From contig CAWHXY010000004.1 in assembly GCA_963833575.1 (NCBI GenBank), positions 896,001 to 960,000 of the forward strand: 64,000 bases of DNA, given 5' to 3'. Positions 31,823 to 41,552 of the stretch are shown here, piece by piece. The notes under the pieces are model-generated. The model was not told the origin of the DNA, ran no database searches, and worked only from the letters and a program-made list of their open reading frames with translations. The translations under genes and the position numbers were made by a program. This stretch comes from Candidatus Bathyarchaeota archaeon. Lineage in GTDB: Archaea > Thermoproteota > Bathyarchaeia > Bathyarchaeales > Bathycorpusculaceae. How positions within the stretch are numbered: position 1 is the first letter of the stretch; every line of letters begins with the position of its first letter.

Positions 31823-33009
31823 GCAACATGGCCGCAAAAGATCTTTCACACTCTCTCAGAATTGCTTGGAAAGACCTAACTGACCTGTTCAGAAATCACT
31901 TGGGCATGGTTCTGCTAATCTTGATGCCGCTGTTTATGATGGTTATGGTTAGTTTGATTTATCCATCCACAGGCACAGTGACTAACCTACAAGTTGGACT
32001 GGTTAATAATGATTCAGGCTTTAACAATTCAACCCTTATCAGTCAAACTTTCATAACTGGGCTTCAGCAGATTAACAGCCAAACTCACATTCTCGTACTT
32101 TCCAATGTTTCCAGCGTAACGGATATACGCGATATGATTAAAAAGGGGGAACTTGAAGGCGGAATCATTATTCCTAGTAATTTCTCTACAAGCTTGATGA
32201 CTGGACAGCAAGGGACCCTTATAATTATTAGTGATGAGTCTAACCCGCAAGTATCAGCAGCACTTCAGGGTGAATTGAAAACTGTGTTCGATGACATGGG
32301 TACCGCCTTGGCACAGCAAAGAGTTCTGCCTCTTAATGCAACAAACACTTTAGCAGTCGTTCAACCTTATAACGTTCAAACTCAAGGTGTCGTCCCAGGT
32401 AACCCAAGCTATTTTAGCTTTGTAGCTCCAGGAATAATGGCTCTGACTGTTACGATGAGTGTTATGACGGGGCTGCCGGTTGCTATCTCGGAGGAGAAAG
32501 AGCTTGGCACGATGGACGGCATATTGGTAGCGCCAGTCAAAAGGCTCTCCATAATCTTCGGTAAAGCACTTGGACAAACTGCAAGAGGAATGATTCAAGG
32601 AACCATTGTACTCCTATTGGCTGTGGGCTTGTTTGGAGTAACAATACAAGGAAACATACTCCTCGTATTTGCGCTGCTCATACTGGGAGTGTACGCCTTC
32701 GTCGGCTTAGGTATTGTGATAACCTCAATTGCAAAAGATCAACAAACCGCGTTGATGCTGCTGATGACAATAAGTTTTCCAATGATGTTCCTCAGCGGTG
32801 TCTTCTTCCCCATCCAGCAAATGCCATGGTACATGCAAGACATCTCAAAGGTACTCCCACTTACCTACGAGGCGCAAGCCCTCAGGCAAGTCATGGTGCT
32901 AGGAGCAGGAATATCCGACATAACCACTCAACTATTGGTACTAATAATTTTCGGAACAGTTATGATGGCTGTTGCAGTGCCAGTGTTTAGAAGACTGATG
33001 ACCAGATAA
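31819..33009 (+). CDS. ABC-2 exporter permease
   Basis: EKELGT, FLSGVFFP...MP, overlaps ATPase stop. Confidence 0.92.
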   Translation: MSNMAAKDLSHSLRIAWKDLTDLFRNHLGMVLLILMPLFMMVMVSLIYPSTGTVTNLQVGLVNNDSGFNNSTLISQTFITGLQQINSQTHILVLSNVSSVTDIRDMIKKGELEGGIIIPSNFSTSLMTGQQGTLIIISDESNPQVSAALQGELKTVFDDMGTALAQQRVLPLNATNTLAVVQPYNVQTQGVVPGNPSYFSFVAPGIMALTVTMSVMTGLPVAISEEKELGTMDGILVAPVKRLSIIFGKALGQTARGMIQGTIVLLLAVGLFGVTIQGNILLVFALLILGVYAFVGLGIVITSIAKDQQTALMLLMTISFPMMFLSGVFFPIQQMPWYMQDISKVLPLTYEAQALRQVMVLGAGISDITTQLLVLIIFGTVMMAVAVPVFRRLMTR

Positions 33010-33493
33010 CAGCAACTGAAGAGGAAAACTTTAGTGTGTGTCCGCGAGAAATGTTGATGAAGCAGAGGTATGTCAATAGTCAGGAAGCTTTTTTGCGGAA
33101 AGCGAACGACGATGGGCTATTCCACTTCATAAAATCACATGCTTAAGAATTAATCATCTTTTTCTTGCGGAATCCTTTTGAGTTTTACTCATGCTTTGGT
33201 CCTTAAGTAGTTTTGCTCTTTTTCTTACTCTTTGACAGTAACTGTTGTAGCATCTTTATTAGAGGGGTTCGCTAAAGTTTTGACTATATTCGACGGGCAT
33301 AAAAAATAAGAGTGTTAAGACGGCTTCGATCGCTGTCACTGCTAGGTTCTAGATCCACTTTTCTACGCCAGTGTGAATTGTAAAATCATTAACTGGTTCA
33401 AGCCCTTGTTTTGTCCCTTAAAACGCATTATCTTTTCATACACCAAACTGAAAACCTCAACATTATTTTAGAGAGCGACCGATTGATAATTTT

Positions 33494-33541
33494 TCAGGAT
33501 AAGACCAAATACAATTTTTCTATATCTTTGTTTTTTTCCAT
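33494..33541 (-). pseudogene. 15-codon remnant of a paralogue of the 29945-30697 regulator
   Basis: MEKNKDIEKLYLVLS* versus MEKNEGIEKLFFDLAS at the equivalent position of the duplicated block. Confidence 0.75.
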
Positions 33542-33661
33542 GCTTCGTTACCGATGTTAACGCGTACACACTATTGTATTCTAGTACACATACTCGTCAA
33601 ATAAAACTAATGGGGATTAGCGAGCTACTTGTATTCCGAAGGAAATAAATATGGCGAATGA
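33509..33661. repeat. Duplicated divergent promoter block, copy 2
   Basis: Aligns with 30665-30816; both rightward genes start MANE. Confidence 0.9.
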
Positions 33662-33905
33662 AAACAAACCAATAGAAAAAGAACGCTCATTCTCTGTCGA
33701 ACTAAAATCAAAAGCCAACCTCAAGAACATAACCTTAAACAATGACGCCCAGGAAAATGCCTTCATCGAAGGCACAATAGGCAAACTGGAACACGCCGAA
33801 TTCGTCGAAGACGCGGTTTTGGAAGTTCAAGGAATAAAGGGTGTTTTAAGAATTGACATCAGCGAAAACGAAATAAAAAGAAAAAAAGCGAATGCTCAAA
33901 GATAA
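33651..33905 (+). CDS. Small hypothetical protein
   Basis: Good start context; FSVELKSK...IEGTIG...GVLRID. Confidence 0.75.
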   Translation: MANENKPIEKERSFSVELKSKANLKNITLNNDAQENAFIEGTIGKLEHAEFVEDAVLEVQGIKGVLRIDISENEIKRKKANAQR

Positions 33906-33931
33906 TGCAGCAAAAAAGGAGGTGAATTAAC

Positions 33932-34720
33932 ATGGAAAGAATGTTGGTAGTAGTTTTTGAAAACGAGTTAAAAGCATATGATGGATCTAGAGCGTTATCA
34001 GACCTTGAATCCGAAGGCAGTATTTCAATTCATGCCAAAGCAGTAATAAAGAAAAATGATGACGGCACGTCTACAATAAAGCAGGAGGGTGATGATTTCC
34101 CGATTAAAACAATTGGTGGAACGGCAATCGGTGCTCTCATTGGACTCTTAGGCGGACCAATTGGCGTCGCCATTGGCGCTGTAGGCGGAACTTTTGTTGG
34201 AAGCGTTTGGGACATGAGTCGAGCAGGAGTAAACGCGGAGTTCCTAGACGACGTATCTGCTAAACTTACACCTGGCAAATGGGCAATAGTTTCAGATGTC
34301 AGCGAAGAATGGATCACCCCTGTCGATACACGAATGGAAGCACTAGGCGGCACTGTAATTCGCACTGCCAGAGAAAACGTTGAACACGAACAGTATGCAA
34401 AAGATGTTGCAGCTATCAAAGCAGACATTGCTCAATTAAAAGCAGAGCAAGCCAAATCCCGGGCAGAACACAAAGACAAGCTTCAAACAAAAATTGACAA
34501 CTTGAACAAGAAACTGTGTTCTAAATTAGAGAAGGCAAAGCAGAGGTCCGAGCAGCAAGAAGAAGAAGCCAAAGCCAAAGTGGAAGCTCTAGAAAAGAAG
34601 GCAGCAAAAGCAAAGGGTGAAGCAAAAGTGACCATTGAAGCGAGAATTGCTGAAATCAAAAAGAACGCAAAAGAATCCAAAGAAAGAACTAAACAACTAC
34701 TGGAGGTAGGACAGTTATGA
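33932..34720 (+). CDS. DUF1269-like membrane protein with coiled-coil tail
   Basis: GGAGGTGA SD, Gly-rich GALIGLLGGPIG hairpin, LTPG..A, LGGTVIRT. Confidence 0.8.
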   Translation: MERMLVVVFENELKAYDGSRALSDLESEGSISIHAKAVIKKNDDGTSTIKQEGDDFPIKTIGGTAIGALIGLLGGPIGVAIGAVGGTFVGSVWDMSRAGVNAEFLDDVSAKLTPGKWAIVSDVSEEWITPVDTRMEALGGTVIRTARENVEHEQYAKDVAAIKADIAQLKAEQAKSRAEHKDKLQTKIDNLNKKLCSKLEKAKQRSEQQEEEAKAKVEALEKKAAKAKGEAKVTIEARIAEIKKNAKESKERTKQLLEVGQL

Positions 34721-35301
34721 ATCTACTAAAGCAACCTAGTTGGCTCCGCGCCTTAGAAATATCAACTGGTTTATTGTCAATGCTTTTAGGCGTTCTAGTG
34801 CTTATCTTTCCTAACTGGGGCATTTCAACGCTTGTCATTCTACTGTCGTTCGGCATTTTCTTTTCTGCGATCAGGTCTATCTCTCTGGTAGGCTTTAGCG
34901 GCCTCTCTAAAGGGTTGAGGGCAATCAGCGTCATAGCAGGAATTATATCTTTGATATTTGCAGTGCTGGTCTTAATCTTTCCAGGTTTCGCCATTCTAAC
35001 TCTGCTGATCCTAGTTTCGACAGCTCTTCTAGTATATGGAGTTGGCAGAATATTCGTAGCCTACACGCTTAAGGCGACGGCTAGCTGGATCAAAGGTATG
35101 ATGGTAGCCGTAGGCATCGTCGATGTCATTCTATCGTTCGTCGTGTTCGTTCTCCCAGGTCTCGCGGTGCTAATGGTTGCTGTAATTCTCGCGTTGGCGT
35201 TGCTCGTTAGCGGAGCCGAGATGATAGTCTCCGGAGCGGTTGGTCGCACATGGCTTGGAGATATAGTAAAAGCCGCGAAAGACGAATTGGATGTGAAATA
35301 G
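34717..35301 (+). CDS. HdeD/DUF308 family membrane protein
   Basis: Repeated G..S...G.L.L..P hydrophobic units. Confidence 0.78.
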   Translation: MNLLKQPSWLRALEISTGLLSMLLGVLVLIFPNWGISTLVILLSFGIFFSAIRSISLVGFSGLSKGLRAISVIAGIISLIFAVLVLIFPGFAILTLLILVSTALLVYGVGRIFVAYTLKATASWIKGMMVAVGIVDVILSFVVFVLPGLAVLMVAVILALALLVSGAEMIVSGAVGRTWLGDIVKAAKDELDVK

Positions 35302-35368
35302 GTGCTAGTAGCGATGTCAAGAAAGACTGAAGCCCCAAGAAAACAAGCTTCTTGGGTCCACCTTTTCT

Positions 35369-36091
35369 TTGAAGTTAAACGTGATAAGATATCGAATTGG
35401 AGTGACCATTATGCGGACTCGAGTTTCAAACTTAACTGAAATAACCAATAACTATATTCAGAAAGTATATCTCTGGATGTTCATAGGTCTAATAATAACC
35501 AGCGTCACTGCCTTCTTTATTTCGCAGGATCCAGACCTATACAACGTGATATTGGGCAATGACATTGTCTTTTATGGCATATTAATTGCACAGTTTTTAG
35601 CTGCCATTAGCATAGTTGCTTTTATAAAGAGAATACCGGATAATCTTGCAGAAATAACATTTGGAGTGTACTGCTTTCTCACTGGGCTTACCCTTTCAGC
35701 AATCTTTCTGGAGTTTTCGATAAGCTCAATTGCTTATGTAGTCATGATTACGGCGGCTATGTTCGGCTTTATGAGCCTTTACGGTTACGTAACAAAGACA
35801 GACCTAACTTCGCTGGGCAACATCGCGTTAATGGCCTTATTCGGTATTATTCTAGCATTAATCGTGAACTTATTTATTGGAAATTCGGTTCTTGACACAA
35901 TTCTTAGTATTTTTGGTGTTATCGTTTTTTCGGCTCTTACAGCTTATGACACGCAAAACATTAAGAACACTATATATGATGATGGCGATCTTATAAAGAA
36001 AGAAATACTAGGTGCCCTCAATCTCTACTTGGATTTCGTGAATATCTTCTTGGACTTGATCAAATTGTTAGGAAAAAGGAGAGACGACTAA
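35369..36091 (+). CDS. Bax inhibitor-1/YccA family membrane protein
   Basis: KVYLWM..GL, YGYVTKTDL, AYDTQ, GALNLYLDFVNIFL; start may be 35411. Confidence 0.92.
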   Translation: MKLNVIRYRIGVTIMRTRVSNLTEITNNYIQKVYLWMFIGLIITSVTAFFISQDPDLYNVILGNDIVFYGILIAQFLAAISIVAFIKRIPDNLAEITFGVYCFLTGLTLSAIFLEFSISSIAYVVMITAAMFGFMSLYGYVTKTDLTSLGNIALMALFGIILALIVNLFIGNSVLDTILSIFGVIVFSALTAYDTQNIKNTIYDDGDLIKKEILGALNLYLDFVNIFLDLIKLLGKRRDD

Positions 36092-36348
36092 AAATATTGT
36101 TGGAAAAAAAACAGTTTGCTTAAGACTGGCTTCCAAATGCTTCGTAATAAGCTCGCGAGTGGAATCCTAGCACCAATTTGCTGACAAAATGATGCTTCGG
36201 ATCAGTATCTGGTCGATCGAACCACTTTTGGTGCTTAGTCGGCACAATTAGCCTTGGAGCTAGAATCATGCTCTTTAGAAGGAAAGTTTCCTAAAAAGAC
36301 CTCCAACCACCATTTTTAGGGTTTTTTGAACCCATTCATCTGTTATGC

Positions 36349-36636
36349 GTGCTTCAACTTAAGAACAGTGATAATGCAACGATTACCGATGTCTCAAAAG
36401 CCATTGTTGATCATTTCAGCAACCAAGTCTCCGTAACATCTTCTACTGCAGTATTCAGCACGATAAATAGTATCTTTAGTTTATTGCAATTGTTTTTAGT
36501 CGACATAGCCGCCATCTCGCTGCTTGTCGCAGGCATCGGAATTATGAACATAATGATAGTCTCATTGATTGAACGTACACGTGAAATTGGTATCCTCAAA
36601 GCTAAGCTTGGATGTTACCTCAAAAGTAACATATGA
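36349..36636 (+). pseudogene. Fragment of FtsX/MacB-type ABC permease
   Basis: [33 protein letters not shown], lacking both N- and C-terminal parts. Confidence 0.85.
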
Positions 36637-36687
36637 TTTAAGAGGGATAAGTTAACTTCAAAACAATAGTTTATGGAGCATTCCGAC

Positions 36688-36771
36688 ATGAAAAAGAGCG
36701 AGATTTTGGATTTCATCAATAGGAATCCTGTGGCATACATGGGAACTGTGGACGGCAACAAACCGCATGTG
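36688..36771 (+). pseudogene. N-terminal fragment of pyridoxamine-5'-phosphate oxidase-like protein
   Basis: MKKSEILDFINRNPVAYMGTVDGNKPHV, then similarity ends at a T run. Confidence 0.6.
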
Positions 36772-36778
36772 ATTTTTT

Positions 36779-37177
36779 TTGGATCATACAATTGTGCATT
36801 TTGAAATCCCAGCCAACGACGCAGAAAAGCTAAAAGAATTCTATGGTGAGTTGTTTGGCTGGACAATAGAAAAATACCCTGGACCAACCGAATATTATTT
36901 GTTAGGAACAGTTCCTGTCGATGAAAGAACGATGATGCCGATTCGTCTTGGAGTTAATGGCGGGCTATATTTGAGAAAGGATTCCGCGGTGCCTGATATG
37001 GCTAAGCCAACAAACTACATTTCGGTTGAATCAGTCGAAGAATACAGCAAAAAGATTGGAGCTTTAGGTGGCAAAATTGTTGTGCCTAAAATGGAGATTC
37101 CGGGTTTAGGCTGGTGGGCACTGGCGCTAGACCTCGAAGGCAACCGCTTCGGCATACTTGAATACAAGCAAAAATAA
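36779..37177 (+). CDS. VOC/glyoxalase family protein
   Basis: IVHFEIPA.D...KEFY..LFGW, GGKIVVPK, DLEGNRFGI. Confidence 0.9.
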   Translation: MDHTIVHFEIPANDAEKLKEFYGELFGWTIEKYPGPTEYYLLGTVPVDERTMMPIRLGVNGGLYLRKDSAVPDMAKPTNYISVESVEEYSKKIGALGGKIVVPKMEIPGLGWWALALDLEGNRFGILEYKQK

Positions 37178-37245
37178 CGCCAAATCTTTCTTTTTAAGAA
37201 AAAGAGCTACAAAAACATTGAACCACAAATAGCCTAAGCCCTTAG

Positions 37246-37305
37246 AAACGCAAGACAACGGCAATCAACGCGGAATAACGCAGAAACACGCGAAAACACG
37301 CAACC
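37246..37305 (+). repeat. Six-unit 10-bp-period ACG(C) array
   Basis: ACG at 37248, 37258, 37268, 37278, 37288, 37298. Confidence 0.75.
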
Positions 37306-37520
37306 TGCAAACAAAACAAACCCCGAATCAAAAAAACAATCTAAAACACAAAGAACAAGATCTACTCTAATTCCCCCCGATATTTTTGACCATAGGTCTG
37401 TTTCTTCTTGACCAAAAGCTCAACTTGAATATGCGTGAAGTTTGGGGTGCATTATGTCAAAAATCCCATGGTTTTATCTAAAATTTGTACATAAAGCTGA
37501 TAAACCCCTTCTGCAAGTAC

Positions 37521-39029
37521 ATGGATTATCACGCGGGAAGGGACCAAATGGGCTGTGGTATCTTTGGCGCTATAAACTATGAAAATCAACCTGTGTTTCC
37601 ATATGTTTACTGGGGGTTACGCGCTCAAAATCATCGAGGGCATCAATCGCACGGGTTTCTTACTTTTAGTGATAAAGAATTTTTTACGTATAAAAATTTA
37701 GATTTAGTTCCTAAAGTGAAAAATGATGCCATAAAAGAATGGTTTGGTCGTCTTCCAGGATCAATAGGTATTGGCAACGTACGATATACAACGTCAGGCA
37801 AATGTGATGACGTCTCCATAATTGAGGGTACACAGCCAGTTGTGGCTTCGGTAAATGGCATAAAACTTGCTCTTTCATTTAACGGCAACATTGTTAACAC
37901 TTTGCCGCTGAGAAAAGAAATGTTTGCAAATTTCCCAGACTTTACCTACAGCTGCGATTCAGACATCGTATGCAACAAAATGCTACTAGCCCTAAAACAA
38001 GGCAAAGACCTGCCGTCTGCAGCTAAAATTGTTATGGAAAGTCTAGATGGGGCATTTAGCGTAACAGGTATAACTGGAGAAGGCGACTTTTTCGCTTTCA
38101 AAGATCCACACGGAATAAAACCCTTGTGTGCAGGTCATGACCCAGCAGGCAAAACCTACGCTTTCTCCTCTGAAACCGTAAGTTTAGACATGAACAGTTT
38201 TGTAAGAGACTTTGAATTAAAACCAGGCGAACTAGTAACCGTTTCACAAGACGGATTCAAACGCACCCAACTTATAGAAAACCCGCGCCCAGCATTTTGC
38301 GCCTTCGAATATGCCTATTTTGCGAGACCTGACTCAAGATTTAACGGAAAATACGTTTATGAAATCCGAGAAGACTTCGGAAGAAACATAGTAAAAGAAA
38401 ACCCTCAAATTGTAAAAGAAAGCGACATCATTCTTTCAGTGCCTGAAACCGGCGATGACTCAGCAATGGGCGTCCACGAAGCGTCTGGTTTAAGATGGGA
38501 ACGCGCGTCAAGACGGCACCGCTATGTTACTGAAAGAGCTTTCATACTTCTAAACGTCGAACGCTTTTCCACCATTGATAAGAAAATTAATATTTTAGGC
38601 TCAAAAGTAGATGGAAAACGAGTTATCATCACCGAAGACAGCATAGTCAGAGGAGACACAACCAAAGTAATCATTGATAAACTTCGCAAAGCAGGAGCCA
38701 AAAGTGTTTACGTATTCGTTACTTTCCCACGCATCATTGGCCCATGCTTCTACGGCATCGACATGTCAACCTACGGTCAACTTGTCGGCTCACGGCATGA
38801 TGCAGAAGGAATCGCAAAAATCATAGGTGCAGACGGCGTATGCTACCAATCCATTGAAGCATTAATAGGAGCCACGGGTCAAACAAAAGATCAACTCTGC
38901 CTAGCCTGCATAAACGGAGAATACCCAACGCCATGTGCACAAAAAATGGCGGACGTAATGAAACAAAGATTTGTGAATGGGTATCAAGAAACAACAAGAA
39001 TTTATGAGTCTGAAGAAGTGCAGCCATAA
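37521..39029 (+). CDS. purF: Amidophosphoribosyltransferase (start 37521 or 37548)
   Basis: CGIFG, HRG, RYTT, NGNI, CAFEYAYFARPDS, EDSIVRG, CFYGIDM, CLAC. Confidence 0.95.
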   Translation: MDYHAGRDQMGCGIFGAINYENQPVFPYVYWGLRAQNHRGHQSHGFLTFSDKEFFTYKNLDLVPKVKNDAIKEWFGRLPGSIGIGNVRYTTSGKCDDVSIIEGTQPVVASVNGIKLALSFNGNIVNTLPLRKEMFANFPDFTYSCDSDIVCNKMLLALKQGKDLPSAAKIVMESLDGAFSVTGITGEGDFFAFKDPHGIKPLCAGHDPAGKTYAFSSETVSLDMNSFVRDFELKPGELVTVSQDGFKRTQLIENPRPAFCAFEYAYFARPDSRFNGKYVYEIREDFGRNIVKENPQIVKESDIILSVPETGDDSAMGVHEASGLRWERASRRHRYVTERAFILLNVERFSTIDKKINILGSKVDGKRVIITEDSIVRGDTTKVIIDKLRKAGAKSVYVFVTFPRIIGPCFYGIDMSTYGQLVGSRHDAEGIAKIIGADGVCYQSIEALIGATGQTKDQLCLACINGEYPTPCAQKMADVMKQRFVNGYQETTRIYESEEVQP

Positions 39030-39093
39030 CTGCGGTCGCAAAGCAAATTAAGTGACCCCTTCTATTTTGTCTTAGCGGAAAGGTGTATCTTTA

Positions 39094-40509
39094 ATGGAAA
39101 AAATTGGTGTGCTGGTTGTTTCTTATGGTGCAAGAGAAGTCGCTATGGTTGACGCACTTCTACAAAGCAAAAAATATCAAGTGGAACTCTACATCGCCGA
39201 CAAACAACGAAATCCTTTCAACGCTGAAAAAGCCACCAAACACGTTGTCATTCCAAATCTAGATGTTGAAGAAATCTGCAAATTCGCGCAGGCAAACAGG
39301 GACAAAATAAGTTTTGCGTTAGTCGGATCAGAAAAACCCATTATTGAAGGTATCCGCGACCAAGTAGAAAAACGCACTGGCATACCTGTTATTTGTCCAA
39401 AGCAACAATACGCTATCGAAGTCAGCAAGGTAGAGCAGCGAGTGCTTTTTGACGAAATCGCGCCAGAAGCTAATCCACGCTTCAAAGTTTTCAATCCATC
39501 CGATTACAAAGATGGTTCAGACGTTAAAACAGACGTTTACCATTGGCTAGATGAACTAGATAACCAAGCTGCAGTCAAGCCCGATAAGCCTGCATTGGGT
39601 AAAGGTGTCGGTGTCTGGGGAGATCACTTTGCCAATAGGGAACAACTTTTTGAGCATTTCATGTCTAACTTTCATTATGGCTCAGTTATCATAGAAGAAA
39701 AAATTGATGGCGAAGAATCAAGTTTCATGGCTTTCTGCGACGGTAAACACTTTTCGCCACTTCCAGATACACGTGACTACAAGCGCGCCTTGGACGATGA
39801 CAAAGGACCAAATACTGGCGGAATGGGCTCTTACAAAGATTCTGGCGACAAATTACCATTTTTAACCGCGATGGAACGCGAACAAGAGCTTTTGTTGGCT
39901 AACAAGATTTTCACGGGTTGGAGCTACAAAATCGAAGATGACTCAGCTCTCAGAGGCGTGCCGCTTTATCTTGCTTTTATGCATACTGGTAAAGGAATTA
40001 AAGTTCTTGAGAACAATAGTCGTCCTGGTGACCCAGAAATAATTAATCTTCTTGCTTTAATCAAAGGTGACTTTGTTGATTTATGTTTCAGGATGATTGA
40101 AGGAAGCTTGGGGATTGTTGAGTTGGAAAAGGCTTCTTCTGTTTTAACTTACAAAGTTCCGCCTGATTACGGTGGCTACGCAGACGTATTTCCAAACCAA
40201 GTGGATCAAGCATCTCTTAACTCGCCAGTTGACCTTTCAAAAGCTTATGCATTAACCAAAAAATATGGCAATAAAATCCGAGTTTACCCTGGCTCAATGG
40301 AAGTTAGATACGGCAAAAACTATGCTTTAAAATCCCGTGCAGTTGGAATTTTAGGCATTGGCGACAGCATTGAGGAAGCACGACAAATCAGCCAAGAAGG
40401 TGCTACGGCAATCACGGGCGGCGGCCTATGGAATCGAACAGATATTGCTACAAAGCAGCATATTGCCAAAGCAGTTAGTCACATGGAAAATTTGAGGTGT
40501 AGAGCATGA
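39094..40509 (+). CDS. purD: Phosphoribosylamine-glycine ligase
   Basis: GKGV, IEEKIDGEE, DYKRA.DDDKGPNTGGMGSY, RPGDPE. Confidence 0.92.
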   Translation: MEKIGVLVVSYGAREVAMVDALLQSKKYQVELYIADKQRNPFNAEKATKHVVIPNLDVEEICKFAQANRDKISFALVGSEKPIIEGIRDQVEKRTGIPVICPKQQYAIEVSKVEQRVLFDEIAPEANPRFKVFNPSDYKDGSDVKTDVYHWLDELDNQAAVKPDKPALGKGVGVWGDHFANREQLFEHFMSNFHYGSVIIEEKIDGEESSFMAFCDGKHFSPLPDTRDYKRALDDDKGPNTGGMGSYKDSGDKLPFLTAMEREQELLLANKIFTGWSYKIEDDSALRGVPLYLAFMHTGKGIKVLENNSRPGDPEIINLLALIKGDFVDLCFRMIEGSLGIVELEKASSVLTYKVPPDYGGYADVFPNQVDQASLNSPVDLSKAYALTKKYGNKIRVYPGSMEVRYGKNYALKSRAVGILGIGDSIEEARQISQEGATAITGGGLWNRTDIATKQHIAKAVSHMENLRCRA

Positions 40510-41552
40510 AACGTGTTTTTATATCTGATTGTGAAGGGCCAATCTCAAAAAATGATAATGCTTTCGAGTTAGCGTCACATTTTATTCCAAACGGAGACAA
40601 ACTTTTCGCTAACATAAGCAAGTACGACGATGTGCTGGCGGATGTTCTGCAGAAACCAGATTACTCAGCGGGCAGCACATTGAAGCTAATTTTGCCATTC
40701 TTCAAAGCATACGATATCACGGACAAACAGATGGAAGACTTTTCAGAAAAAAACATTGTTTTAGTTGCTAACAGCAAAAACACTCTACGCCATTTACAAG
40801 CTATAGCTAATGCTTTCATCATTAGCACCAGCTATGAACATTACATCAAAGCTTTATGTAAAACACTCAATTTTCCATACAAAAACACGTATTGCACCAA
40901 AATATGCCTAGACAAATACGCTATTACATCAAGAGAAAAGGAACGCCTAAAACAAATTGCGCATGAAATCTCCAAGATGCGCTTAATCGATATACCTCAA
41001 GGAGCAAAATCAGTAAATGCCTTTTCAAACAGCGAACAAGCGATAATTCAGCGTTTAGACGAAATTTTCTGGAATGAAATACCCAAAATGACCGTTGGCA
41101 AAGTAATGACCGATGTGGTTACCGTAGGGGGGAAACAAAAAGCCGAAGCAATTCGTGATGCAGTTAAACGCGTAGGTGCAAGCTTAGAGGATGTAATGTA
41201 TGTGGGAGATAGCATAACCGACGTCGAAGCCTTCAAGCTGGTTCGAACCAACGGCGGCTTAACAGTCTCTTTCAATGGTAACAGTTATGCCGTTAAGAAT
41301 GCTGAAGTAGCGATCTTATCTGAAAACAATGTTGTTACTGGCGTGATTGCTGATTTGTTCTGCAGGTTTGGAAAAGAAAAAACAATCAACACCCTCCGAT
41401 CTTGGGGATTTGAGGCGCTTGAAAACAGCGGCGCAATTGATGTTTCGCCTAAAGCAAAATTAGTAACACCCCAAAATATGGAAATGTTGGTAAAAGAAAG
41501 TAGCGAATTTAGAAAAAATGTGCGCGGCGTAGCCATCGGGAGACTCGGATAA
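40506..41552 (+). CDS. HAD-superfamily protein of the EhaR-like family
   Basis: SDCEGPISKNDNA motif I, ISTSY, GG..K, YVGDSITD. Confidence 0.82.
   Translation: MKRVFISDCEGPISKNDNAFELASHFIPNGDKLFANISKYDDVLADVLQKPDYSAGSTLKLILPFFKAYDITDKQMEDFSEKNIVLVANSKNTLRHLQAIANAFIISTSYEHYIKALCKTLNFPYKNTYCTKICLDKYAITSREKERLKQIAHEISKMRLIDIPQGAKSVNAFSNSEQAIIQRLDEIFWNEIPKMTVGKVMTDVVTVGGKQKAEAIRDAVKRVGASLEDVMYVGDSITDVEAFKLVRTNGGLTVSFNGNSYAVKNAEVAILSENNVVTGVIADLFCRFGKEKTINTLRSWGFEALENSGAIDVSPKAKLVTPQNMEMLVKESSEFRKNVRGVAIGRLG

Noticed and set aside
37246-37305. Possible CRISPR array
   Set aside because: 10-bp degenerate units with no spacers and no cas genes
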